A stretch of DNA of 64,000 nucleotides from Guillardia theta CCMP2712 (GCF_000315625.1 NW_005434615.1:192852-256851); one strand, 5' to 3'. Positions 38,973 to 52,249 are shown, counted from the stretch's first letter. Notes: a model not told the origin generated them from the sequence alone. Translations and numbers: made by a program.

Positions 38973-39898
38973 CTAGAGTTGCCCGCACAAGGCGATGCGA
39001 CAATCTTCCTTCACGTCTCCATCCTTAGATCCGAAACTGATGGTTGTCTGAGTACGAGAAAGAGAAGGAGGGCCAGTTTCACCTCTCAAGAGCTTGGACG
39101 ATTTCCATTCCTGCAACAACCTAGCAAGAAGTCATCTCAAGGTACAGAGGATGTGTCTTACAACCTTGCCGAAAACAACATGCTTTCCATCCAACCTTCC
39201 AAACAGTCACTGATCTTCTGAAAATTTGCTCGCACTACCAATCAGCCTTGCCCAACGTGATGAAAAACTGTGACGAGTTCGTGTTTGGCCCGGTATTGGC
39301 CATGGAGAGCAACTGTACAGTCTTGGTGAGTACAGACGAGATCGCCAACGCCTCTTACCCCAGCTTCGCTGTGTTTCAGCTCGAAGTTCTCATCCTCAAA
39401 CACTTTCCCGTAAATAGACTTCCCGTCTGTTCCATCTCCTCTCACGATATCGCCGCCCTGCTCTGTGTTACCGGTCTGGAGATACCATGAACGTTTTGTG
39501 CTGCACCTGCACCATGAATCCTGGTATGATGCGATGGAAGGGGCATCCTTGATAGCTGAATCCTTGCTCGCCCGTACAAAGAGCTCTGAAGTTTTCACTG
39601 GTCTTCGGAGTTCTGAGGGGAAATCGTGAGATGATGATCGAATGTCACAAAGACCCACGTACTTGTCGGATAATTCCATCACAATCCTTCCAAGAGGCAC
39701 TGCATCTATCTCCACATCGAAATAGACGTTCTGTTATCATAGATGTCACTCGCTGGCTGAATTAGTTCAGAGAAACCAACAGGAAGACATTGTCATGGCA
39801 ACAAGAGATCACACATCTTTGTACCATGCATCCCCTTCTTGGCCTCTTCCAACTTCCCTCCCTACATCCCTCTGTCTCTGCCTCACCGTTTTCGCCAT
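38973..39898 (-). CDS. Single-domain cyclophilin peptidyl-prolyl isomerase (CypA-like)
   Basis: [54 protein letters not shown]...[44 protein letters not shown]. Confidence 0.93.
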
Positions 39899-41457
39899 GG
39901 CGGGACGTTACTACCCCCACCCCATGAATACCAACTATTGGGACCGGTGCAAGGCACCCCAGCGAGTCCGGCCCGCCGGCCCGCCCGGCCGGCCCAGCCG
40001 GGGCTATCATAGGCTGCGGCACCGGGCCCTCATCCCGGGCAGTACTGAGCCGCCGGACGCCGGATACTTGCCGCGCAGTGCCACTCACTTCGGATGCCCG
40101 GAGGGCCTGATTTTAAACTCAAACTTTGCCAGCAAAGGAAGCTAGTTAAAGTGCAGTACGACTCAGGACAATCCGAATCAGGAGAGTCGAGGCTATTAGT
40201 GCTGGCCTCGGACTCACTGAACTTAAGGAAGCCTACCGGCGTCAGCCACCCCGGTGACCGGTCGCGGCCCCGCCGGACCGTCGGACTCCGCCTCAGGCTG
40301 CGACCGTACTATGGTCGTGGGAGCGTTGGGTTAGACCGGCGCATTTGAGTGCAGGTGCCATGACCCTCAGGCTGACCGTGGCTTTTACCCGAGTGGCACT
40401 CAGGGCTCAGTACTACAGTACTTTCACTGGTCGCCGGTTTACTGGTCGGTAGTCATTCCGAGCCTGCACCTTCTGGTCAACCAACCGCTGCGGATCACTT
40501 TCACAGATCAGGCTCTGTTCAGGTCCGTTAGTCATCTATTGTAGGCCTCAATCCCCTTTGTCAAGATCTACATTTCTCTAAGTTTGCTTCTAAGTAATTA
40601 TGCCCCTCCCCTTCCCCTGGCGCTACGGACGTCCATTCCCATAGCACCTCACTACTTCACTCCTTACCCTGTGAAGGTCTCGTCTATCTATTGAGAGCCT
40701 TATGTTTTACCCCTTACCCTACCCCCCACCTCCTCTCGTCCCCCGTTTTACCGCTGGGTTGCTGGAAGGGTTGGCCTGATGACCATGCGCCTAGGTAGAA
40801 AGAGGCTTCCACCACCCTACCCCCTGACTAGCCGCAAACTTAATAGTGGAACCACAAGTGAGGGACCCCCTCATTGAACAATTCTGACCCACCCCAGGAT
40901 GAACAAGCGCTGTTTAACCCACCCACATTCTCACAATGAAGCGGTGGAATTTATGGGGGTGAGGGTGGACAGAGGTGCAAGGTAAATCGAGGGGTAGGGT
41001 ACATCAAGTAAAAATCACGTTTAATTTGTGTTTTTGAATCATGTGGTATGGTGGGTGGGGTCATGTCCATGATTGAGGGTGCTCTCCGTGGTAAAATAGA
41101 CGGGTAGGGTGGTCAAATTTGGTTGGGTGGGGTGCACATTTCGAGCGAAATCTCGTGACACGTGCCGTCATTTTTACCACAAAAACGAAAAGAATATCTT
41201 TCGGTTTCAATCTCCTTAAATAATGTTTGTAAAACTGGCTTCTGCTCAAACGCTCAGTTTTACAATACATTATTTTTGAATAGGTACCAAGATCATTAAA
41301 TATTTTTAAAAATGGGGGCAAAGGTACAATCCTTTACTAGGTACCCTACCCGATTTGTCGAGGGGAAATCTCTTAAAGAAGGTGGGGTCATCACACTAGC
41401 CCCCGTGAGGTGCTCCAGCCTTGTAACCCCAATGCCAGAGAGGCTGGGGGGAGCGGC

Positions 41458-43339
41458 ATGTGCGAGTGAAGGAAACGAGGAGGGGAGGGGAGGAGGCGAA
41501 GGAGGAGGCAGTGAAGACGAATCGAATCGAAGAGGAGGATGGCTGAGGAAGGGATCTCAGGTTGAAGTAGGGTGATACATAGAGGCTTGAAATGGCACTT
41601 GTCGTGACCAGGGTAGGTGACAGAATCCCGCCATCGAAAGCACCAAGAAGAGATCGAAGCCAGGAAGAGGAACAACATAGTTGATGGGGTTGTTGATACT
41701 ACCGATATAGACAGACAATAATAGTTGGTTTCTGGCATAAGACGAGATACCCTGCAATATTGGGGTTCTTTCTGACATCTTTCCCTCAGTATCTAGAGAT
41801 TTCTAACGATGCCAAACCCAAACCAAAGAATTGCGCTCAGAGTCTACCGAAACATCTTCCGATTCTGCAAGGTAACGCCGCCTTTGTAAAATCTTCCCCA
41901 GTGCATCTTCTGATTCGGCGTTTCCCTTTTAGGCCATTGACGTCAACGCTGTCAACTCACAGCACAAGTTGAAGGCAGAGCTGGAGAAGTTGACGTCGTC
42001 AGAGACTGTGATGCCTGTATATCAGAGGCTCTGCGATTTCATCTCGAGGAAAGACATCAAACCCCTGCTGGAGAACAACTCCTGCTCCAAGGCTGCATGC
42101 AAGCAGCTGTTCAGGCTTCCTGATTCAGAGCACGACAAGACATGTGAGCTGGGTTGAAAGAGGAGGAAGAGGCTCTGACTTCATGCAAGTCTTTGCGCAG
42201 GGCTCTGACCGGGTTGACATGGGATTCGCGGCGCTGAGGTTCCTCGGGGATCGATTTGGGCACGTCGTTGAGCAGCAGAGGGATGTGGTGAAGGCTAAGG
42301 AATGGATCGAGATTCTCAAAGACAAGGTTTTGACTCCTGCGACTCTCCTCCTTGCTCCTCCTTATCCCTTCTGCTGCAGCAGGACCAGGTTGAACATGGT
42401 GCCATCGCCATCACCCGAACGGCCGATCCTTCCGTGCAAGCATCATCCGTGCTGGCTCAGCTCGACGACATGGCCGCGCAAGTGCAGAAGCACCTGACCT
42501 CGATCTCGGACTTGGACGTAGCAAAGTACCTTATGCTCGAACATCCTGTGCCCAAGGAATGCCATGCTGGAGACTGCCTGGAGGAGGCCTTGTCGACGCT
42601 GGCCAAGGAGATCGGGTTGGAGGCGAGGCAGCTGCGCATCATGGCGGCGCTCAACAAGGTGATGTTCAAGGAGATGAAGTTTGAAGCGAATCTTGAGGAG
42701 TACTACGACCCAAGGAACGGCCTGATCCATGAGGCTCTGCAGAGAAAGACTGGGAACGCCATCACCCTCAGCATCATCTACATCGCCGTGGCCCGTCGTT
42801 GTGGGCTATACCTTAGCGGCTCCGAGTGTCCAGGACACTTTGTGGTGCGGGGAGAGACGCAGACTGGGTCTCCCTTCTTCTTGGACGTGTTCAAGAGGGG
42901 CAAGCTGATGTCCCACCTGCAATGCGTCAAGGAATTCATCAAGACCGACACGTCCATGCGGGAGAAGAACAGGCTCGAGGCTGTGACGCCTCTTAGGCTG
43001 TACGCGAGGATGATGAGGAACCTCGTCAACTCGCACATGATCATCGGCCATGGAGGAAAGGTCAGTACATGTGTACCTCCTCCTCCTCCTCCTCCTCCTC
43101 CTCCTCCTCCTCCTCCTCCTCCTCCTCCTCCTCACCTATCACCAACATCAGTTCGCCCAGCCTCTCTCCCTCCTGCTCGTTTGTGCAATCCGTCTCTTGA
43201 CGAGTCCTGGACAGGCGTTGCTGTGGTCAGAGCGTTTGAATGTGATGAACAGTGCATCGGAGAAGATGCTCCATCGCAAGGTGAGACTTTTGATCTCTGT
43301 TTGGCTGTTTCTTATGTCAATCTTTCACAGCGGCAATAG
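41458..43339 (+). CDS. SirB1/FBXO21-like transglutaminase-core (Transglut_core2) protein
   Basis: ALNKVMFKEMKFEANLEEYYDPRNGLIHEALQRKTGNAITLSIIYIAVARRCGL...PGHFVVR...FFLDVFKRGK...RMMRNL. 5' exons approximate. Confidence 0.8.
43078..43132 (+). repeat. (CCT)n microsatellite in intron
   Basis: Perfect CCT run following a GTCAGT donor. Confidence 0.9.
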
Positions 43340-43497
43340 CAAGATCGTCTCGTCGAATCTTGTGAATTTCGTATAGGCTTGAAATAAGCAAGGCGTGTGT
43401 ACATTCCCAACAAGTAAATTATTGTTTTCCTGATTCATTCGGAATCTCTTTGCCAGAACGTCTATCAGAGCATATCCTACGACCTTTCCCCTCTTCC

Positions 43498-44938
43498 TCA
43501 CAGAACTCCGCACCTGGGGAACGCAACAAGTCAGACCTGCGCAATCGATTCATCTCTCCAACTTGGTCACATAAATCTTCTGAAGGGGTCGATTGGTAGT
43601 TTGAATCTTGGCTCGATCATCTCCAATCACTTGCCCTGACATCTGAGACCCTCAGGACTTCAGTGTGCGGGATAAAGACTCCCTGTGAGACCTTGAATGC
43701 AGCTTCGAGGAACTGCCCTTGTGTCACGGGGATGTTGTTGAGCTTCTCGATTTCTTCCAGCCCCTCCAACACTTCACCTGTTCTCTTGACGTCACTGCAA
43801 CAAGACTGGATCTCACGGCATGCGATGGAACCAAAGATGACGTTCTCCTGGTCGAGCTCGGGGTTCGCCTTAGGTGTGATCTGCCAGCTGGTCATGCTAC
43901 AACCCGCGACTGCGGCGACACAGGATTAACCGTGAACTCAAACTGTCCTCCTCCCCTCCTCGTCGAGACCAACCCTTGTCAAACAGCATCAAGTCAGCCT
44001 CTAGCAAGCCTTTCAGTCCTCCCACCAGCTCTATCATGCTTCAACTCGTTGCTGTCGTTGTTGTTCTCAGTCTGACGGTAAAGCTTGTTGATCCTCCCGA
44101 AGTCCAACCGCTTGTCCTTGACGACTCGCCACAGCTGGCTGTACTCGTAGCCAACAGGCTTGTCCTCGGTTGCCTTACACTGCCTGTAGTTGTTCCTCTT
44201 GGTCAGCTTGCTCCTCGCGCTCACAGTGAACGCATCGGGGTCCCCCAGCGCCTCCAGCTCATCCATGCAAGGGGCGATCAACTCGCCCTGCCGACATCAA
44301 CTCTTAACCTCGTCGGCAAGAAGCTATTCGTATCACCTTCACAAGCTTGATAAAAGTCTTGCAAGTGCTGGGTGCCGCGTCTTCAAACAGTCCGATCACA
44401 ATCCTCGCAGTTCTGTCCTCACCATTCGCTCCTCCTGCCCGCTTGTCTCTGGCTATGATCTAAACCCATGTCATGGCGCGGAAACTCAAATGTTAGTTGT
44501 GACCTTCTCCCACTTCTCGTTCTCCATCGCCTTTGACATGTTGTCAGAGCGCGTCGAGATTCTTCATACAGCTGTCGTTCTCACCTTGGTTCTGCCCGCT
44601 ATCTTGTATTCGAAGAAGACTTTCTTGGTCACTTTTGGCTCAGCTGCATCTGCAGGCTGGGAGAGGATCAACGATGCAGCTCCTACGACAGCTCCCATGG
44701 CGTCTCGTCTGTTCATCCTGTCCTCCAGCTTCATCTCGCAATTGACGGCTCCCTGATCACCCTCCCGATTGCTCCCAACTCGAACCGAGCAGGACGATCT
44801 GGCAGGAAGCGTGCAGGATCTCTGCAGGGAGATTCGGGGAGAAGGAAGCATGTGGGAAGAGGATGGGAGGAGGAAGGCGCTGCATCCCATCACTGCATGC
44901 GAGAGCGCCATGAGCGTCACAAACGCGCGCCCCGCCAT
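43498..44938 (-). CDS. Plastid thylakoid-lumen cyclophilin (CYP26-2/CYP28-like) with a tripartite presequence
   Basis: Signal peptide ending GCSA|F, Ser/Arg-rich transit peptide, twin-Arg Tat signal MNRRDAMGAVVGAASLILSQPADA|AEPKVTKKVFF. Also LKHDRAG, PKANPELDQENVIFG/EVLEGLE and IGDDRAKIQ...RPLQKIYVTK/CGVL*. Confidence 0.85.
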
Positions 44939-44999
44939 GGTACAGAGCAGCCGCCCGATGAAAAGCCCTCATTCCCGCACTTGCCCACCCACCTCCGCC

Positions 45000-47316
45000 A
45001 TGGCGCGAGGAATGGCCGGCTCCCGTGGGAGGTTGGCAGTCGCGCTGGGGCTGATGGCTTTGATGATGCCGGTGAGAGAGGAGGAGAGGAGGAGGGGAGG
45101 GAAGATCCAGCCCTCCTCCTGCTACCCTGATCTCGTCTCATGCATGGAACTTCAGGTCGTGTGGTCTGCCAACAACGTGGGGTCTTTCGAGGTGCTTGAC
45201 TCGCAGGCCGGTCAGTTCCGACCCATCCCCTCCTGCTCCTCGGCAGCTGACCGATGGATGTTCCGACAGCATCGGAGAACGTGGGAGACTTCCTGAAACG
45301 AGGAAGCGGTGATGAAGAAGTTTCTGCCTACCGAAAAAGCTTCTGAATCGTGATCCCAGGGGAGCACACGGAGAACTGGGCCCTCCTCGTGTGTACCTCC
45401 CGGTTTTGGTTCAACTACAGGCACATTGCAAACACTTTGGCTATCTACAGGCGGAAGCTTACTTCATGGTGGCCCATGGTCTGACGCATCTGCACAGAAC
45501 TGTGAAGAGGCTGGGCATGCCGGATTCGCACATCATCCTTATGTTAGCGGACGACATGTCGTGCAACTCGAGGTGGAACATCTTGTTTTGGCGAGATGTA
45601 CTTGGTTGTGATTGTTTGCTACAGAAACTCCGAGCCAGGGAGTGTGTTCAACGATGATGTCAAGAGGCTCGACTTGTACGGGGACAACATTGAGGTAGAC
45701 CTTCCGTTTCTTTCATGGCTGTTCTGACGAGAGTTCAAGGTGGATTACAGAGGTTATGAAGTGACTGTAGAAAACTTTCTAAGAGTGCTTACGGGTGATT
45801 GTTCCTCCTCCTCCCTTCTCCATGATGCTCATCTCATCGCCCTAGGACGTCATCCTGACGGAACGCCGCCCTCCAAGCGCCTCAACACCAAGTGACTCTC
45901 CTTGTGATTCAGCTAGCCGCTGATTTCAGGCCAGATCAACTAGCAACATCTTGATCTACATGACTGGACATGGAGGAGACGAATTCTTGAAGTTTCAGGT
46001 GAGTCTCTCATGCCGCAGTCAACTCCTCCCGTTTGATCGTCCTCGAAGGATGTGGAGGAACTGTCGAGCAGGGACATCGCGGATGCTTTCGCACAAATGT
46101 GGGAGAAGGTGCGATAGGAAGCAGAAAGCATTCCGGCTGAGGGTCAAACAGGAACGCTACAATGAGATCCTCTTCATGGTGGATACATGTCAAGCCGGAA
46201 CCCTGGTAGAGTGCAGTGGAGCTTTTTTGGTTTTGTTTGAGACTCGGTCCAAGGCAAATCATTTGTACTCCCCGAACATTTTCGCTGTGGGAAGCAGTCA
46301 GGTTGACTTCTCACGGATGCGCTCGTCACCCCTGTGACGTTTGACATCAGAAAGGAGAAAACTCCTACTCCTGGGGGCACGATGACTACATAGGTGAGCT
46401 CTTCCTGTTGGGTACGGTGACTTGAATAACCAGCTGGGCAGGACTTTCTCTAGTCGATCGATTCACCTACGTTCTGCTCGAAAGCCTGGAGAAGGTGGCT
46501 GTGGACATTTCTGCTCCTCCGCTCATCTCCTCTGTGAAAGCTCTCGATTGGAAGCGATGCGACGTTGTTGAGTGTTCTGCGCACGTTGGATCCAAGGTAA
46601 AGGGACTCTGTTGCCGAACCGAACTGACGAACTATCACAGGCGTCTGCTCTCTAATCCTGGTATCGTGAACATTCGTATCTTGTACAATCTTAGTGTTTA
46701 CATGACTTGCCGCTCCCAGCTTTCATGACGAACCTTTGGCGACATCGTCCTTTGTAACCTTCATGAACATCTTCTTTTACCACTTTCTGACAAGTTCTTG
46801 CAAGGGGCGACATTCTTGTCACAGACTTCTTCGGGGCTGCAGTCACGGTCGAGACAGGAATCCCGAGCTATCCCATTCTGCCTGAAGTCTGTCTTCCTTG
46901 TCCTCAGCCCGTTGAGTTGACTCTTGCATGCAGAACCCTGAGAGCTTTTCGTCCAACGTCGAGGTCGTGGGGAAGCACACTTGAAATCCTTGTTGATCAT
47001 TTCTTGTCTTGTCTCCCGCAGGACTCAGAGTCATCTGCCGGACCATGGCATCAGGACACCAAGTGAGCTGTCGATGCGTGATCTCTGATAACTGACATGC
47101 TTGCGAGCAGGGCAGGGCTTTCCTACGGAACTCCGATCACGTTGTCGCCTCAGACAGACGAGAGATGGAGGTGAAAGAATGAGCAGCTGGTATGAGCCTG
47201 ATCGTCGAACATGCAGGATGAGCCTCTTCTCGCTCCTTGTCTATGCTGCACTCGCCATCTTTTTGCTCCTCGCCGCCGCCCCCGACTCCCCGACAAGACG
47301 GACCGTGTACAACTAG
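45000..47316 (+). CDS. GPI8: GPI-anchor transamidase catalytic subunit (peptidase C13)
   Basis: [58 protein letters not shown], catalytic YMTGHGG and MVDTCQA, DRFTY, plus a C-terminal TM helix. Confidence 0.95.
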
Positions 47317-47605
47317 AATTTTATATTTTATAAAAATGATTTAGTAATGGGCATTCTCTTCCACCACACTGGGAACGTTACTGTCTCTTGTACCGGAATT
47401 AACTTTCAAAATGTATTTTTATGTTCCATGTACAAAAGACAACCCGCCTCGTCATTATTTTGTACTGATGTAAAATTATTTTATAAAGTCATACGGATAA
47501 AAAACTCAGAGTTTTACTTTGAGATACAGACTTGTACAAGAAAAACGATTTAGAGCTATAAGTCTTTATCTAAACATTTTTATTCGCTGGCGGCTGCTGG
47601 CGGCC

Positions 47606-50089
47606 ATGGAACCTGGCATAGCGAGGAGGGACGTAGGGGAGGGAGCGAGATCAGGAGGAGGAGGAGAGGGAGATAGAGCAAGAGAAAGGTCAGGCGCAAT
47701 GTTCGCTATCAGGAGGTACATCCTGCATGCTACAGTACTGTAAAACTCCTGGCCCTGGAAGAAACAAAAAGAATTCAACTGAACTGTTGGATTGCATTTT
47801 GGGTGCTGCGCATGCAGTCGAATTTGCCGTGAGCCTGGAGGTCTGGTGACCATAGAAGTTTTCTTGGAACCTCTCACGCAGCAAGCTGAAGCAAAAAGCT
47901 AGGAGCATTCATGAAGAACTACTTCCCTTGGACCGCTTCGATCGCAGCGTTCTCTGCATCGGCGGCGAAACTTTTACAGGAAAGGATGGACCACAGGGAT
48001 GAACATGACAGACGAGATGCTCAAGATCATTCTCAAAATGCCAACCCTTCGCCGTGCGAGCACCAGGCGCACGAAGAGCCACAAGGACTGTCACGGCAGA
48101 CAGCGCTTTGGAGCGTCAGCCTCATCGTGTTTGTGTTGGTGGGTCCTTGTGACATGCGCTTGCATGTGACTGTTGCTGAAAGTTGTGCTTGCAGGCCATC
48201 ACAACACATTATCACCTTCCACTCATGTGGAGGATCGTAGATTTCCATAACAGGATGCCTCCGACGCCCATCATGCCAGGAGCGGCGAGGCATCTCACAA
48301 ACTGCTCTAAGGCTGAGGATCTGATCCGGATAGAGAAGCAAGTGGTGGAGTGGCATGAGAAGTTGTGGAACTTCCGCAATGAAATCATGGCGACGATCGC
48401 GCTGGTCGACATGGACGATGAGGTAGAGTAGAGCCCTACGTCCCGATGGTCTGACCTGTCGGTTGTTGTAGGAGGACTTCGAGCTGGAATCTCTAAAGTC
48501 AAACGACAGCAAGAAGAACAAGTCCCCGTGGTTGACGCTGCATCTGTTTGTTCATGCGCTCCTGATCGTCTCGGCACACGTGCACGGGTCCTGGTACTTG
48601 TCCATGACAGCCATCTACTCGCAGCTCGTGTTCCTGGCGCTGTTCCTTCGAGCAAAGGCTCTGGGGGATGCCGTGTCTTCGGGCGTCTCAGTAGTGAGGA
48701 AGTTTGGGAGGAATCTCGGGTCTGTGGTGTCTGTTTCCAGCCCTGAGCGAACTCTCTTGCAGTATCAGGTCTTGCAGAACAAGATGCAGTACATGACTGA
48801 CATCCACGAATCGCACCAGCTCGGAATCGGATTTTTCTTTCCTTTCGTGGGCACTCTCGATGTGGACTTGGAAACTCTTGTTTCCATCAGCTGCGGATTT
48901 GCCTTCGAGCTCATCCTGCTCATTGCAACGAGGCTCCATGCTTACATCCTCCAACGGCGGGCCCACCGCATGGGGATCAGAAGGGAAGAGTCGATCATCT
49001 TGCAGGACATCTGCTCCATCCGGGAGCAGGTGAACATGTTGAACAAGCAAGTGAAGGAGAGACTGGAAGAGATCGAGATCTTGATGCTCACTACGAGAGA
49101 GCAAGGTTCCAACGGGCTACTCCTCATGGTGTTGCCCTGTTCTTCCTGCTCGTGTGTCGTTTACTTATGACATTTGGCAGGGTGGAGCGGACCAGTCAGC
49201 GCGGAAGAAGCTGCATGAATGCATCGGAGGGGAACGTTTCAACAAAGTGACAGATGCACGTGAGAGAGTCCGAGTCCTTCAAGACCACATGGAACTCTCT
49301 TGCTCAACCCAACCGGCGGGGGGTCCGGTGGAGATCACGGAGGAAGGACAGGTTCAGGGAGGAGGCGATATGGTCGGGGGAATTGAGAGCAGAAACAGCC
49401 TTGATTCTCTCCTTCAGGCTGCCAAAGTGTCGGAGGCGAAGGGGCAGAGGAGAAATTCGTCAGATTGTACCGCGCAGAGCTCTCAGGGTTCGTCCTTGTC
49501 GACCAAGGAGGCGCCTGGGGCAGCTGCGGGGGGCTCGAAGAACGGAAAGAAGAAAGACCATGCCCTGCAGGAGCTGCTGGCGAACTCACTGGCTCGAGCA
49601 CTGGACGAGGCGAAGTCGCTGCGGGAGATTCCGAACCAGATGATGGGCATCGCACACGCTACAGGGGAGAAGATCCTCTACCGCAAGTCGAAGGAAGGCA
49701 GCGGGAACAGCTCGAGCAGACAAGCTGCTGCTGGGAAAAAAGGAACAGAAGTCAAGGTTGAGCAGAGCAAGGAGGTAGTTGTGGAGGAGGAGGGGAAGGG
49801 ATGGGTTACAGGCGCGCAAGACGACCAGGGGTTGAGAGTTGAAGGGGAACGAATGAATGGGATTGAGCGGGAGAGGTCGATGAGGACAAATGCTGGAGAG
49901 AATTTGGACGATTCTCAGAGGCAGCAGACGTCGCAGGTTGTGGGCCTTGAGTGGTTTGGACTACAAGGAGCGCAAGAAAAGCAGGAGGAGGCGGCGACTT
50001 TGTCAGGAGCGCAGCAGGCACCTTTGAACACTCTAGACATGATGGTAGCAAACACCACTCTGGACATTTCGAAGATAATGGTGGAACAA

Positions 50090-50129
<40 letters not shown>

Positions 50130-50554
50130 TAGAGGCGGTTGCAGCAGGCACAGGAGGAAAGTCGTCCAGTCCGCACATGAATGGAGGGGATCGGGACACC
50201 CAGCTGCACTGGATGGCGGCCAACGGAAAGGAGAACGATCCCTTCGAAGACTGCATGGAAGTGAACGACCTCGAGTCCTTCAACCTCTCTACGAGCATGC
50301 TGTCGAGCAAGGTCGAGCTGATGGCTGCGGAGGAAGACAACAAGACGCCTCCCCTTATCCCCCTCTCCCCTCCACTCCCTGCCGCCTCTACCAGGCACAC
50401 GGGCAATGCTGCCGGCGGCTGGCGCTTTGTCGATCTGTCAACAACTCCAAGTTTGACCCCAGTAGTCCAGCATTCTTCGCCTCCTCCATCGGCGTCTCCT
50501 GTAGCTCCACTCATTTCTCTGGGGATCGAGGAAAGTGCGAATGGAGGAGGAGGA

Positions 50555-50588
<34 letters not shown>

Positions 50589-52249
50589 CGCCACCACCAC
50601 CAGCATCACCAGCAGCAGCAGCATCACCACCACCAGCAGCAACAACAACAAGGGTAGGAGCACAAGATTTGTTGCTGAATACGGAGGATCATCTGTCGTC
50701 ATTGCAACAAGTTCAACCGCTCGTTGACAGGAGCGAGATGATCTTCGAGGAGGATTCGGGGCAGTCGCTGAACCTGTCGAGCAACGGGCATGGTGGCGAC
50801 TGGCACTCGACGTCAAACTCGCCCCCCCAGGACAAGTTTTCCAAGGCCGCCTCCTCCTCACCGTCCTCTCCCCACCCTATTGGCGACCTGCCGAGGAACA
50901 ACGATCCGGGATACCCCGGGAACCTGACGGAGGAGCAGCGGCAAGCATGCAGTTCCCTACTCAGCTTCATGGAGGTGGAGCTGAAGGGCGAGACAGGGAG
51001 GGAGCAGGGGAAGATCCTCCTGACGAGGATGGGAGGGATGGAGGAAGTGTCATGCAAGCTGCTGCGGGCCAACGGCTGGAAGGTGGACAGGGCCAAGGTC
51101 ATGTTCACCGACATCCTCGACTACCGCTCCTCTCACAAGCTGCACGAGCTCATCAAGAGCGTCATCGGCTCCCAGCTCGTCCTCGACCCCAACGACCCGG
51201 CATGGCGGCCAGCCATCTCCGACGCGGGGGTGAGGAAGGTGCTGGGGTTCGTCCCCTGCAGGAGGATCGGGTTCACCCTGACAGGTCAGCTGGTTGAGTA
51301 CTGGGCGATCGCCAACCTCTTCCCAGCTGATCTCCAGAAGCACTGCATCCACGATGAGATACTGCGCTGGTGGCACTTCCACCTGGAGTCGGGCCTGCTG
51401 GGGTCGCTGCTGGGGGCGAGGCACTTCAACAGCGCGCTGAGGGGGTCGGTGGTGATCTTTGACCTGCTGGGGCTGAGCTCGCGACACATGAACACGCACG
51501 TGCTGCGGCTGCTGCACCAGCTCTTCGAGATCGGGCAAAAGAAGTATCCGGAGAGCCTAAGCAAGGTGTTTGTGCTGAACTCCCCCTCGCTCTTCTACGG
51601 GATCTGGAGGATCATCAAGCCCGTGCTCAACGAGAGGACAAGGAACAAGATCGTCATCTGCTCCAAGGCCATGCACGACGACCTAGTCGGCATGCTCCCG
51701 CAGGAGGTGATGGAGCACATGGAGGCCTGCAAGAAGGACAAGATGCAAGAGTTCAGCGACCCTCCTCCTCCTCCCGCTCGCTCAGGCCCTGAGGACATGG
51801 GAGGACCGTCAAGCTTCACTGGCGCAGTCAAGGCGAACGGCACGGAGGGGAAGGAGGAGGAGGATGTGTGCTCTGCTCAGTCCCTCCCTGTAGACCTGCA
51901 TGGAGGTCCAAAGGCGAAGGTGGAAGGAGAGGAAAGGAGCGCACACAGCTGCACAGAGATCGAGCCTGCTGTCTCCCCTGCTGCTGCTCCCGTCATGCTG
52001 ACAGCAAGTTCCCCGTCTCTTCGCGGCAGCAACTTGCTGCAGGCACTGACCTCGCAGGTGTCGCCCATAGTAGCTGAGGATATGAACTCCGCGAGCAAGT
52101 TACCGGCCGATAACGACGCCTCATTCCTGCACCAGGGAGTGAGGCGAGCTGAGAAAGGCCTTGGCTCACCTCCTGTCCAGCTGGACTTCGACTCTTCGAG
52201 CATCGCCAAGATGTTTGAAGAGCTCGACGAGTCAGCGACGCGGCAGTGA
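47606..52249 (+). CDS. Large protein: N-terminal multi-TM region, coiled coil, disordered linker and C-terminal CRAL-TRIO (Sec14) lipid-binding domain
   Basis: PGYPGNLTEEQ, KLLRANGWKVDRA, VVIFDLLGLS, QKKYPESLSKVFVLNSPSLFYGIWRIIKPVLNERTRNKI. GT-AG intron 49129-49180 joins the TM-rich exon (48532-49128) in frame. Confidence 0.8.

Noticed and set aside
43060-43339. Poly-proline (formin-like) tail on the SirB1-like ORF
   Set aside because: The (CCT)n run follows a GTCAGT donor and is best read as intron.
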